Of a stretch of 64,000 nucleotides of DNA, positions 28,031 through 40,544 are shown one piece after another (the first letter of the stretch is position 1; each line of letters begins with the position of its first letter). The position numbers and the translations under genes are program-made. The stretch spans positions 42,098,001 to 42,162,000 of the forward strand of contig OZ024752.1 of NCBI GenBank assembly GCA_964016885.1. The letters are read 5' to 3'. Origin of the DNA: Eledone cirrhosa. Its lineage: Eukaryota. The notes under the pieces are model-generated. The model was given only the letters and a program-made list of their open reading frames with translations. It did no database searches and was not told the DNA's origin.

Positions 28031-28327
28031 GAGATTGGTGTTCAGTTATATCGAACAGGCTGCTAATCGACAACTATTCACAGGCGCGATCCCACTACTG
28101 CTCAACACGGGGTCTTTTGCCTGCTGCGTTTCCGCCCTGGGCCGAAGCAACCCTCCTTAGTCAACCTGGTTCTAGTGAGCTCCCTCTCCAGCACCATATT
28201 GATGCCGAGCTTAGCGCGGACACCCGATCGCCAAAGAAGACCGACTACCAGGTCTCCCATTCCCAAACCGGCCAACCAACCAAGCTTCCAAGTAGCTAGA
28301 TTACAGGAGCACGCCACAACTCCCAGC
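28031..28327 (-). ncRNA. RN7SL: 7SL / SRP RNA, copy 16
   Basis: Full core plus T-run. Confidence 0.95.
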
Positions 28328-29225
28328 GGTTATAAACGATCAAAATTAAACACTTGAGCCTAGTCTTTTCCTATCTACAGTTTTGTTCCCTAAATTATAT
28401 TAATCATTTATGTCTACTTGTTTTTTTTAATGTATAATTTTCTATTTGTAGAAAGGGATACGAAAACGTATAAAATATTAATTTATTGTTTAATTTTACG
28501 TTGGCCATAAACAGCAGACGACAGCCTCGTTGTGGTAGAGAGATGGTGTTAATAAAGACACGAGATAATTGACGAAGAAAGTTAGCATTTGTGTTGGTCG
28601 ATTGTGTTGCTAGAAGTAGCAGTGGAATCCACATCTATATCCCTTCTGTGTGATTTTTAAATTGGGAAAGAATCTTTAGATAATATAATCAAAGATTCAC
28701 TGAAAAAGACAGCATAATAACAGCCGGCCTGTCTTCGTTGATATATGAACGAAGGTTGAATTAGACAGGATACAAGTAGCGACTCAGAGCAGTTTTTGTT
28801 ATTGAAATAAAATGAGGAAACAATGTTTTATTTCCACAAATAAAATAATATTTATTTCATTGAAATGATTAAAAGAAAGAAGAAATAAGTCGACGATGTG
28901 ATCATACGACGGTGAGAGTGTATTGATAAGTTTGAGTAGGCATTAGTGGGTGTAATATTTGGAGTTATTTCCCTTCACAATGTTGGTTCGAATCACAGTA
29001 AAGTTGGTTTTGTTACACTGGTTATGGGTTGTAGTTTGTCTAAAATACGGTGTGATTTAGTATAGTGGATGGTTGTGTATTAGTTGTAGAATGTTGTATA
29101 TTATTGATAATATATATTACTATTATATATTTGATGCATCTATAAGTATATAGGATAAATAGTTGAAGGTATAAGAGAAATGAATAAAAATATATTTAAA
29201 TTAATAAAAGTGAAAAAAAAAAAAT

Positions 29226-29522
29226 GAGATTGGTGTTCAGTTATATCGAACAGGCTGCTAATCGACAACTATTCACAGGCGCTATCCCACTACTGCTCAA
29301 CACGGGGTCTTTTGCCTGCTGCGTTTCCGCCCTGGGCCGAAGCAACCCTCCTTAGTCAACCTGGTTCTAGTGAGCTCCCTCTCCAGCACCATATTGATGC
29401 CGAGCTTAGCGCGGACACCCAATCGCCATAGAGGACCGACTACCAGGTCTCCCATTCTCAAACCGGCCAACCAACCAAGCTTCCAAGTAGCTAGATTACA
29501 GGAGCACGCCACAACTCCCAGC
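29226..29522 (-). ncRNA. RN7SL: 7SL / SRP RNA, copy 17
   Basis: Full core plus T-run. Confidence 0.95.
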
Positions 29523-30619
29523 GGTATTAAACGATCAAAATTAATCACTTGCGCCTAGTCTTTTCCTATCTACAGTTTTGTTCCCAAAATTATATTAATC
29601 ATTTATGTCTACTTGTTTTTTTTTCATGTATTATTTTCTATTTGTAGAAAGCGATACGAAAACGTATAAAATATTAATTTATTGTTTAATTTTACGTTGG
29701 CCATAAACAGCAGACGACAGCCTCGTTGTGGTAGAGCGATCATGTTAGTAAAGACACAAGATAATTGACGAAAAAAGTTAACATTTGTGTTGGTCGATTG
29801 TGTAGCTAGAAGTAGCAGTGGAATCCACATCCATATACCTTCCCTGTGATTTCTAAAGGGGCAAGTAGTCATTAGATAATATAGTCAACGATGCACTGAA
29901 AAAGCCTGGGCGATAACAGCTGGTCTGTCTTCGTTGATTTAGAAAGGAAACAAGCAACGGATCACAGTCGGTTTTGTTATTGAAATAAAATGAGGAAACA
30001 GTGTTTTAATTGTACAAATAAGACAATAAGTATATCATTGAAATACTTTTTTTAGAAAAGAAAGCAGGCGATCTCCAGATGGAGGGAAAGCGGGGGGTGT
30101 ATTAATAAGTTTGAGTGGCATAAATTAGTATAATGTTGTGAGTAATCTCCCTTTATGAATAAGTTTCGAATCGCAGCAAAGTTGGTCTGGTGATTGTGGT
30201 TACATTGGTTGTAGGTGGTCTGATGGGGTGTAATTTAGTATAGGGGAATGTAATGGTTTGTATGAATGGTTAAAATAAGGATGGTTGATGATTTGTGGGG
30301 AGGGATGTTAAATATGAAAAATTTTATTTACCATTGTATAAACAACATTATAAATTATTCCCAATTGTTTGAGAAAGAAAAGCTAAACAGAAGTATAAAA
30401 CCGTGTATATTAAATAGAATTAACTATTGCTAGTAGGGTCATAAATATAACATATAAATATAGGAAGGAGAGAAAGAAAGAAAATGTAACATAAATATAA
30501 ACGAGCACCATTTCAGCAGGTTGTATATAATTGATAAAAAATATCTTCTTGTTCTATAGTAAATAAGTAAATAGATGAAATAAAGATGTATTTAAATTAG
30601 TAAAATTGAAAAAAAAAAC

Positions 30620-30916
30620 GAGATTGGTGTTCAGTTATATCGAACAGGCTGCTAATCGACAACTATTCACAGGCGCGATCCCACTACTGCTCAACACGGG
30701 GTCTTTTGCCTGCTGCGTTTCCGCCCTGGGCCGAATCAACCCTCCTTAGTCAACCTGGTTCTAGTGAGCTCCCTCTCCAGCACCATATTGATGCCGAGCT
30801 TAGCGCGGACACCCAATCGCCATAGAAGACCGACTACCAGGTCCCCCATTCCCAAACCGGTCAACCAACCAAACTTCCAAGTAGCTAGATTACAGGAGCA
30901 CGCCACAACTCCCAGC
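30620..30916 (-). ncRNA. RN7SL: 7SL / SRP RNA, copy 18
   Basis: Full core plus T-run. Confidence 0.95.
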
Positions 30917-31999
30917 GGTTATAAACGATCAAAACTAATCACTTGAGCCTAGTCTTTTCCTATCTACAGTTTTGTTCCCTAAATTATATTAATTATTTAT
31001 GTCTACTTGTTTTGTTTTTTAATGTATAATTTTCTATTTGTAGAAAGCGATACGGAAACGTATAAAATATTAATTTATTGTTTAATTTTACGTTGGCCAT
31101 AAACAGCAGACGACAGCCTCGTTGTGGTAGAGCGATCATGTTAATAAAGATACGAGATAATTGACGATGAAAGTTAGCATTTTGTTTGTCGATTGTGTTG
31201 CTAGAAGTAGCAGTGGAAACTACATTCATCTCCCTTCTGTTTGATTTCTAAAGCGGGAAGGAGTCATTAGATAATAAAGTGAACGATATACTGAAAAAGC
31301 CTGGACGATTACAGCTGGTCTGTCTTCGTTTTAATATGAAGGAATGCTGATTTAGTAGGGAAACAAGTAGCGGCTCATAGCAGTTTTTGTTATTGAAATA
31401 AAATGCTGAAAGAGTGTTTTAAAACCTCAAATGAAACAATATTTATTTCATTGAAATGTTTTTTGAGAAAAGAAAGCAGGCAATCAGATGTATTGATAAG
31501 TTTGAGTGGCATAAGTGATTATAATGTTGTGAGTAATCTCCCTTTGTGAATGGGGTTCGAATCGCAGCAAAGTTGGTCTGGTGATAGTGGTTACATTGGT
31601 TGTAGTTTAATATAGTGGAATGTAATGGTTTGTATGAATGGTTAAAATAAGGATGGTTATAGATTGGGTGTTGGGGGGAGCATGCTAAATATGAAAAGTT
31701 TTATTTACCGTTGTATAAATAACATTATAAATTATTCCCAATTGTTTGAGAATGATAAATTAAACAGAAGTATAAAGACGTGTATATTAAATGGAATTAA
31801 CTATTGCTAGGAAGATCATAAATATAACATCTAAATATAGGACGGGAAGGGGAGAAAGAAAGAAAATGAAACATAAAAATAATCGACCACCATTTCAGCA
31901 GGTTGTATATAATTGATAAAATATATTTTCTTCTTCTATAGTAAATAGGTAAATAGATTAAATAGAGATGTATTTAAATTAATAAAATTGAAAAAAAAT

Positions 32000-32295
32000 G
32001 AGATTGGTGTTCAGTTATATCGAACAGGCTGCTAATCGACAACTATTCACAGGCGCGATCCCACTACTGCTCAACACGGGGTCTTTTGCCTGCTGCGTTT
32101 CCGCCCTGGGCCGAAGCAACCCCCTTAGTCAACCTGGTTCTAGTGAGCTCCCTCTCCAGCACCATATTGATGACGAGCTTAGCGCGGACACCCGATCGCC
32201 ATAGAAGACCGACTACCAGGTCTCCCATTCCCAAACCGGCCAACCAACCAAACTTCCAAGTAGCTAGATTACAGGAGCACGCCACAACACCCAGC
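32000..32295 (-). ncRNA. RN7SL: 7SL / SRP RNA, copy 19 (1-nt deletion in S domain)
   Basis: Core with gcaacccccttag instead of gcaaccctccttag. Confidence 0.92.
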
Positions 32296-33195
32296 GGTTG
32301 CAAACGATCATAATTAAACACTTGAGCCTAGTCTTTTCCTATCTACAGTTTTGTTCCCTAAATTATATTAAATATTTATGTCTACTTGTTTTATTTTTAA
32401 TGTATAATTTTCTATTTGTAGAAAGCGATACTAAAACGTATAAAATATTAATTTATTGTTTAATTTTACGTTGGCCATAAACAGCAGACGACAGCCTCGT
32501 TGTGGTCGAGAGATGGTGTTAATAAAGACACGAGATAATTGACGAAGAAATTTAGCATTTGTGTTGGTCGATTGTGTTGCTAGAAGTAGCAGTGGAATCC
32601 ACATCCATATCCCTTTTGTGTGATTTTTAAAGTGGGAAAGAATCTTTAGATAATATAGTCAAAGATTCACTGAAAAAGACAGCATAATAACAGCCGGCCT
32701 GTCTTCGTTGATATATGAACGAAGGTTGATTTGGAAATGAAACAAGTAGCGACTCAGAGCAGTTTTTGTTATTGAAATAAAATGTGGAAAGAATGTTTTA
32801 TTTCCACAAGTAAAATAATATTTATTTTATTGAAATGATTAAAAGAAAGAAGAAATAAGTCGACGATGTGATCATACGACGATGAAAGTGTATTGATAAG
32901 TTTGAGTGGGCATTAGTGGGTGTAATATTTTGAGTTATTTCCCTTCACAATGTTGGTTCGAATCACAGTGAAGTTGGTTTTGTTACATTGGTTATGGGGT
33001 GTAGGTTGTCTAACATACGGTGTGATTTAGTGTAGTGGATGGATGTGTATTAGTTGTAGAATGTTGTATATTATTGATAATATATATTACTGTTATATAT
33101 TTGATGCATCTATAAGTATATAGGATAAATAGTTGAAGGTTTAAGAGAAATGAATAAACATGTATTTAAATTAAAAAAAGTGAAAAAAAAAAAAT

Positions 33196-33492
33196 GAGAT
33201 TGGTGTTCAGTTATATCGAACAGGCTGCTAATCGACAACTATTCACAGGTGCGATCCCACTACTGCTCAACACGGGGTCTTTTGCCTGCTGCGTTTCCGC
33301 CCTGGGCCGAAGCAATCCTCCTTAGTCAACCTGGTTCTAGTGAGCTCCCTCTCCAGCACCATATTGATGCCCAGCTTAGCGCGGACACCCGATCGCCATA
33401 GAAGACCGACTACCAGGTCTCCAATTCCCAAACCGGCCAACCAACCAAGCTTCCAAGTAGCTAGATTACAGGAGCACGCCACAACTCCCAGC
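33196..33492 (-). ncRNA. RN7SL: 7SL / SRP RNA, copy 20
   Basis: Full core plus T-run. Confidence 0.95.
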
Positions 33493-34595
33493 GGTTATAA
33501 ACGTTCAAAATTAAACACTTGAGCCTAGTCTTTTCCTATCTACAGTTTTGTTCACTAAATTATATTAATCATTTATGTCTACTTGTTTTTTTTTCATGTA
33601 TAATTTTCTATTTGTAGAAAGCGATACGAAAACGTATAAAATATTAATTTATTGTTTAATTTTAGAGATGGCCATAAACAGCAGACGACAGCCTCGTTGT
33701 GGTAGAGAGATCATGTTAATAAAGACAAGCGAGATAATTGACGAAGAAAGTTAGCATTTGTGTTGGTCGATTGTGTAGCTAGAAGTAGCAGTGGAATCCA
33801 CATCCATATCGCTTCCCTGTGATTTCTAAAGCGGCAAGTAGTCATTAGATAATATAGTCAACGATGCACTGAAAAAGCCTGGGCGATAACAGCTGGTCTG
33901 TCTTCGTTGATTTAGAAAGGAAACAAGCAACGGATCACAGTCGGTTTTGTTATTGAAATAAAATGAGGAAACAGTGTTTTAATTGTACAAATAAGACAAT
34001 AAGTATATCATTGAAATACTTTATTAGAAAAGAAAGCAGGCGATCACCAGATGGAGGGAAAGAGGGGGGGGGGGTATATTGATAAGTTTGAGTGGCATAA
34101 ATTAGTATAATGTTGTGAGTAATCTCCCTTTATGAATGAGGTTCGAATCGCATCAAACTTGGTCAGGTGATAGTGGTTACATTGGTTGTAGGTGGTCTGA
34201 TGGGGTGTAATTTAGTATAGGGGAATGTAATGGTTTGTATGAATGGTTAAAATAAGGACGGTTGATGATTTGTGGGGAGGGATGTTAAATATGAAAAATT
34301 ATATTTACCGTTGTATAAATAACATTATAAATTATTCCCAATTGTTTGAGAAGGAAAATCTAAACAGAAGTATAAAGCCGTGTATATTAAATAGAATTAA
34401 CTATTGCTAGGAGGGTCATAAATATAACATATAATTATAGGAAGGAGAGAAAGAAAGAAAATGTAACATAAATATAAACGAGCACCATTTCAGCAGGTTG
34501 TATATAATTGATAAAAAAAATCTTCTTGTTCTATAGTAAATAGGTAAATAGATGAAATAAAGATGCATTTAAATTAATAAAAGTGAAAAAAAAAT

Positions 34596-34892
34596 GAGAT
34601 TGGTGTTCAGTTATATCGAACAGGCTGCTAATCGACAACTATTCACAGGTGCGATCCCACTACTGCTCAACACGGGGTCTTTTGCCTGCTGCGTTTCCGC
34701 CCTGGGCCGAAGCAACCCTCCTTAGTCAACCTGGTTCTAGTGAGCTCCCTCTCCAGCACCATATTGATGCCGAGCTTAGCGCGGACACCCGATCGCCATA
34801 GAAGACAGACTACCAGGTCTCCCATTCTCAAACCGGCCAACCAACCAAACTTCCAAGTAGCTAGATTACAGGAGCACGCCACAACTCCCAGC
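34596..34892 (-). ncRNA. RN7SL: 7SL / SRP RNA, copy 21
   Basis: Full core plus T-run. Confidence 0.95.
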
Positions 34893-35975
34893 GGTTACAA
34901 ACGATAAAAATAAAACACTTGAGCCTAGTCTTTTCCTATCTACAGTTTTGTTCCCTAAATTATATTAATTATTTATGTCTACTTGTTTTGTTTTTTAATG
35001 TATAATTTTCTATTTGTAGAAAGCGATACGGAAACGTATAAAATATTAATTTATTGTTTAATTTTACGTTGGCCATAAACAGCAGACGACAGCCTCGTTG
35101 TGGTAGAGCGATCATGTTAATAAAGATACGAGATAATTGACGATGAAAGTTAGCATTTTGTTTGTCGATTGTGTTGCTAGAAGTAGCAGTGGAAACTACA
35201 TTCATCTCCCTTCTGTTTGATTTCTAAAGCGGGAAGGAGTCATTAGATAATAAAGTGAACGATATACTGAAAAAGCCTGGACGATTACAGCTGGTCTGTC
35301 TTCGTTTTAATATGAAGGAATGCTGATTTAGTAGGGAAACAAGTTACGGCTCATAGCAGTTTTTGTTATTGAAATAAAATGCTGAAAGAGTGTTTTAATT
35401 CCTCAAATGAAACAATATTTATTTTATTGAAATAATTTTTGAGAAAAGAAAGCAGGCAATCAGATGTATTGATAAGTTTGAGTGGCATAAGTGATTATAA
35501 TGTTGTGAGTAATCTCCCTTTGTTAATGGGGTTCGAATCGCAGCAAAGTTGGTCTGGTGATAGTGGTTACATTGGTTGTAGTCTAATATAGTGGAATGTA
35601 ATAGTTTGTATGAATGGTTAAAATAAGGATGGTTTTAGATTGTGTGTTGGGGGGAGCATGCTAAATATGAAAAGTTTTATTTACCGTTGAATAAATAACA
35701 TTATAAATTATCCCCAATTGTTTGAGAATGATAATTTAAACAGAAGTATAAAGACGTGTATATTAAATAGAATTAACTATTGCTAGGAAGATCATAAATA
35801 TAACATCTAAATATAGGACGGTAAGGAGAGAAAGAAAGAAAATGAAACCTAAATATAAACGAGCACCATTTCAGCAGGTTGTATATAATTGATAAAATAT
35901 ATTTTCTTGTTCTATAGTAAATAGGTAAATAGATTAAATAGAAATGTATTTAAATTAGTAAAATTGAAAAAAAAT

Positions 35976-36272
35976 GAGATTGGTGTTCAGTTATATCAAA
36001 CAGGCTGCTAATCGACAACTATTCACAGGCGCGATCCCACTACTGCTCAACACGGGGTCTTTTGCCTGCTGCGTTTCCGCCCTGGGCCGAATCAACCCTC
36101 CTTAGTCAACCTGGTTCTAGTGAGCTCCCTCTCCAGCACCATATTGATGCCGAGCTTAGCGCGGACACCCGATCGCCATAGAAGACCGACTACCAGGTCT
36201 CCTATTCCCAAACCGGCCGACCAACCAAGCCTCCTAGTAGCTAGATTACAGGAGCACGCCACAACTCCCAGC
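35976..36272 (-). ncRNA. RN7SL: 7SL / SRP RNA, copy 22 (edge copy, diverged 5' flank)
   Basis: Full core with private Alu-domain changes (GCTACTAGGAGGCT) plus T-run. Confidence 0.93.
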
Positions 36273-36939
36273 AATGGTGTAGTGTAAAATTTAGATACTT
36301 AAACCTAACTTCAGCGTACCTACAGCTTTTTTTTTATTAATTATTTTTGTATTTTATTTATAATTCTTTTTAATTTTAACATTCCTATTTATATAAAATA
36401 ATAATAAAACGTTTGTTTTCTTCTAAAATATATAATTAATTTTTTACATTTGCCATCGTCATCGACAGTCAAACTATAGCCTCATTCTGGCGAACACGTC
36501 ATCTTTGGAACGTAGGGGAGATAACCATTGTTGGATTAGTAAGTTGAAAGATTTTATCCTCGATACGCGAAGACCCTGAAATTAATTTTTTTCCCTACCA
36601 TAGATAATATATAATGTCTTCGATTAAATTTATAGCTACGGGCCTCATGCATGCCTTGTGTGCCCTTGGAGCTAACTCATTTGCACTGTATTAATTGCGA
36701 TTCACACTAACTAAAATCGAAATATTTACGCTGTAGTTTTTAATTATACAAAATACCCTATTTCGATCTCACAAAGCGCACTTAGTTTCCTGATGTCCCC
36801 ACTTCTTTCCCGCCCAATATGAAAACAGTAAAAATAGAAAAATCTCTTTAAATCACTCTACATTTTATCTCTAGAAGGTTTAGGTTGTAAAGTGAAAATT
36901 TTCAACGAAGTCCTGTGTTTACCATATAATCCCATAATA

Positions 36940-37105
36940 TTTCTACTTTAGGCACAAGGCCAGCAATTACCCAGTGCATTACTGGTACTTTATTTTATCG
37001 ACCCCGTAAGGATGAAAGGCAAAGTCAACCTCGGCGAGATTTGAACTCAGATCGTAAAGGGAGGTAACTATGCTGGAAAGCATGGCGTCCGACCCTCTAC
37101 CGAAT
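36940..37105 (-). mobile_element. tRNA-derived SINE
   Basis: Same family as 47890-48510: ggatgaaaggcaaagtcaacctcggcgagatttgaactcag, with B box GAGTTCAAATC on the minus strand. Confidence 0.8.
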
Positions 37106-37146
37106 GACCTACGGTTACATTTCATATGTATAAATATATATCCTAG

Positions 37147-37345
37147 TGCTTCTTCGCCCTTTTATTCCTGAGTGGGCCATGGGATAAGAGTCATTAACCA
37201 CTCCTTCCAGTGGGTCCTGTCAGAAGCAACAGTCTCCAACTGATCCGGCTCGATCCCGAAGCGTGACCAGCCAAGCTCATGGATGTTGTTATCCAACCAT
37301 CTTTGCCCTGAGTCTACCCTTCGGTCTCCAGTCAGTATTATTCTA
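37147..37345 (-). mobile_element. RTE-like LINE 3' remnant
   Basis: Minus frame ...GQRWLDNNIHELGWSRFGIEPDQLETVASDRTHWKEW matches the RTE C-terminal RW.D...A.DR..W pattern. Confidence 0.55.
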
Positions 37346-37627
37346 GCACTATTTTTTAAAAAAAATTCTTTTACTGGTTTCAGTTATTTAAATGCCAATC
37401 ATGTTGGATCACTGCTTTGATTTCGTCGATCATATCGATCCCAGTACTTGTTTTTTTTTGTTTGTTTTTCTGCTTTCTGGTACTTATTTTATTGAATCGC
37501 TCGCTAGTTATGCGACTTACACAGATACAAACAGAAATGGACACAGCGTATTACTCCTCCTATTATATTTGGTGGGTGCAGACGTACATAATTTTCCAAC
37601 AAAAATGACAAAATCTTTGGACAATTT

Positions 37628-39124
37628 TGAGGTACTTGGTACCATATTGGTCAAACATACCACCACCACTACTGGTCTCTGAGGTACTTGGTACGATATT
37701 GGTCAACCATACCACCACCACTACTGGTCTCTGAGGTACTTGGTACCATATTGGTCAACCATACCACCACTACTGGTCTCTGAGGTACTTGGTACCATAT
37801 TGGTCAACCATACCACCACCACCACTGGTCTCTGAAGTACTTGGTACCATATTGGTCAACCATACCACCACCACTGGTCTCTGAGGTACTTGGTACCATA
37901 TTGGTCAACCATACCACCACCACTGGTCTCTGAGGTACTTGGTACCATATTGGTCAACCATACCACCACCACTGGTCTCTGAGGTACATGGTACCATATT
38001 GGTCAACCATACCACCACCACTGGTCTCTGAAGTACTTAGTACCATATTGGTCAACCATACCACCACCACCACTGGTCTCTGAGGTACTTGGTACCATAT
38101 TGGTCAACCATACCACCACCACTGGTCTCTGAGGTACTTGGTACGATATTGGTCAACCATACCACCACCACCACCACTGGTCTCTGAGGTACATGGTACC
38201 ATATTGGTCAACCATACCACCACCACTGGTCTCTGAGGTACTTGATACCATATTGGTCAACCATACCACCACCACCACTGGTCTCTGAAGTACTTGGTAC
38301 CATATTGGTCAACCATACCACCACCACTGGTCTCTGAGGTACTTGGTACCATATTGGTCAACCATACCACCACCACTGGTCTCTGAGGTACTTGGTACCA
38401 TATTGGTCAACCATACCACCACCACTACTGGTCTCTGAGGTACTTGGTACCATATTGGTCAACCATACCACCACCACTGGTCTCTGAGGTACTTGGTACC
38501 ATATTGGTCAACCATACCACCACCACCACTGGTCTCTGAAGTACTTGGTACCATATTGGTCAACCATACCACCACCACTGGTCTCTGAGGTACTTGGTAC
38601 CATATTGGTCAACCATACCACCACCACCACTGGTCTCTGAGGTACTTGGTACCATATTGGTCAACCATACCACCACCACCACTGGTCTCTGAGGTACTTG
38701 GTACCATATTGGTCAACCATACCACCACCACCACTGGTCTCTGAGGTACTTGGTACCATATTGGTCAACCATACCACCACCACCACTGGTCTCTGAGGTA
38801 CTTGGTACCATATTGGTCAACCATACCACCACCACCACTGGTCTCTGAGGTACTTGGTACCATATTGGTCAACCATACCACCACCACCACTGGTCTCTGA
38901 AGTACTTGGTACCATATTGGTCAACCATACCACCACCACTGGTCTCTGAGGTACTTGGTACCATATTGGTCAACCATACCACCACCACCACTGGTCTCTG
39001 AGGTACTTGGTACCATATTGGTCAACCATACCACCACCACTGGTCTCTGAGGTACTTGGTACGATATTGGTCAACCATACCACCACCACCACTGGTCTCT
39101 GAGGTACTTGGTACCATATTGGTG
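37628..39124. repeat. Minisatellite, 49/52/55-bp unit, ~30 copies
   Basis: tgaggtacttggtaccatattggtcaaccat(acc)n actggtctc, with n varying. Confidence 0.95.
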
Positions 39125-39271
39125 AACAGTTCTACCACAACCACTATCACCAATCTCTTATTCACTGAGGTACTTGCTACTATATTGTATATCAACTGCT
39201 AAATGAATTTACCAAAGTAACCGCTCCACCATCCAGTTGTTTATTGTGCTGGAAGAGAACTAAAGGCAACA

Positions 39272-40041
39272 TTAACCCTTTTTATACCAAACCCAACAGA
39301 AACTGCCCTGCTTTTAGGATACAAAGCTGTTTGTTTAAAGTGTTTTAAATTTGAAGCTTCTATTATACATTTTGTGTAAAAAAATATTTTTTAAACCTTT
39401 AGCATTTAAACCGGTCGTATCCGGCCAGAATTCTCTCACCTCTTTCTGTTCAAACTGGCCTTAGCCAGCCACTCATACTCATTGTAAGGTGTTGTTCTCA
39501 TAACATCAAAAACTCGTAGATTCGATATTATGTGAGATAATTATATGAGGTGAAGTGTTTACCACAAAAATATAATAGTATCATCATCATCATCATCATT
39601 TCATTTTACGTCCGCTTTTCCCTGCTTGCAAGGGTGGGACGGGAACTGATGCTGGCTTAATTTCTACAGCTGGATGCCCTTCCTAACACCAACCTCATTT
39701 ACAGTGAGTGCTGGGTGCTTTTTTGCTGTGGCACCTCCACGACCACTTTGCAGTGGAACGATATGGGCCCCAGTCCCTATCATCTCATTTCTACAGCTGA
39801 GTAAACTGGAGCAATGTGAAATAAAGTGTCTTGCTCAAGGAAACAACACATCACCCGGTTTGAGAATTGAACTTACAATCTTTCGATTGCAAAGCCAATG
39901 CTAAAACCACTAAGCCATGTGCCTCCAGTATATATAGAGTAATGTAAATGCTAAAGGGTTAAGTGATGTTTCAAAAATTAGTTTAATAATAGGAAAGTTA
40001 AGCAGTTTCTTTCATTAGAAATGCGTTAACAAAAGGTTTAA
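39272..40041. mobile_element. Nested elements: piggyBac-like MITE containing a second piggyBac-like MITE (39391-39962) containing a SINE (39580-39926, minus)
   Basis: Outer ends ttaaccctttt...aaaaggtttaa; inner ends ttaaacctttagcattta...taaatgctaaagggttaa; SINE with (ATC)n tail and head aaccactaagccatgtgcc. Confidence 0.65.
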
Positions 40042-40544
40042 ATAAGAGTGGCGTTTCAGTTGTACCCTGTGGACAAAATGGCAAAGGCATTTCCGCAGAC
40101 AATGGCCAGCGACAGTGCCCCCACCTTGCGGGGCTCCTTCCTCAGACAGGCTGCTGTTGTTCCAATTTTACGGAGGAGGTCAGCTGTGGCAACAAAAGAG
40201 TTAAATCTGGATTTGCTGTATCTTGGAAATAGGCATGCAAGTACATAATTTTATGTTAGAACCTTTATTATGATTCAAACACTAGTTTAATAATGAGAAA
40301 GTTATATAACAACAGCTCTCCAAATTTTTTTTTATTATTTTCAAAATTTATTGAAAACCATAGACAGTGTCTTTCATTAGACATATGGTAATGAAGCAGT
40401 TAAAATATATACAGTACATATTTGTATTAGGCTCTTGATTCTGGAGAATCAAAGATGATTGTTCTATGACTTTACTATTTACATGAGTGAATAAAACCTT
40501 ACTTGACCAGATGACAAGAGTAACAGCCCAACATCAGACATCAT

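Larger units (their letters stand above)
7025..36272 (-). repeat. Tandem array of 22 7SL RNA gene units
   Basis: A 297-bp core recurs 22 times at ~1197, ~1395 or ~1380 bp periods; left boundary is where spacer homology starts (~7025). Confidence 0.97.

Noticed and set aside
7025-36272. CRISPR-like array or Alu-type SINE cluster
   Set aside because: Eukaryotic DNA, spacers are homologous rather than unique, and the full S domain is present with shared flanks and no A-tails or TSDs
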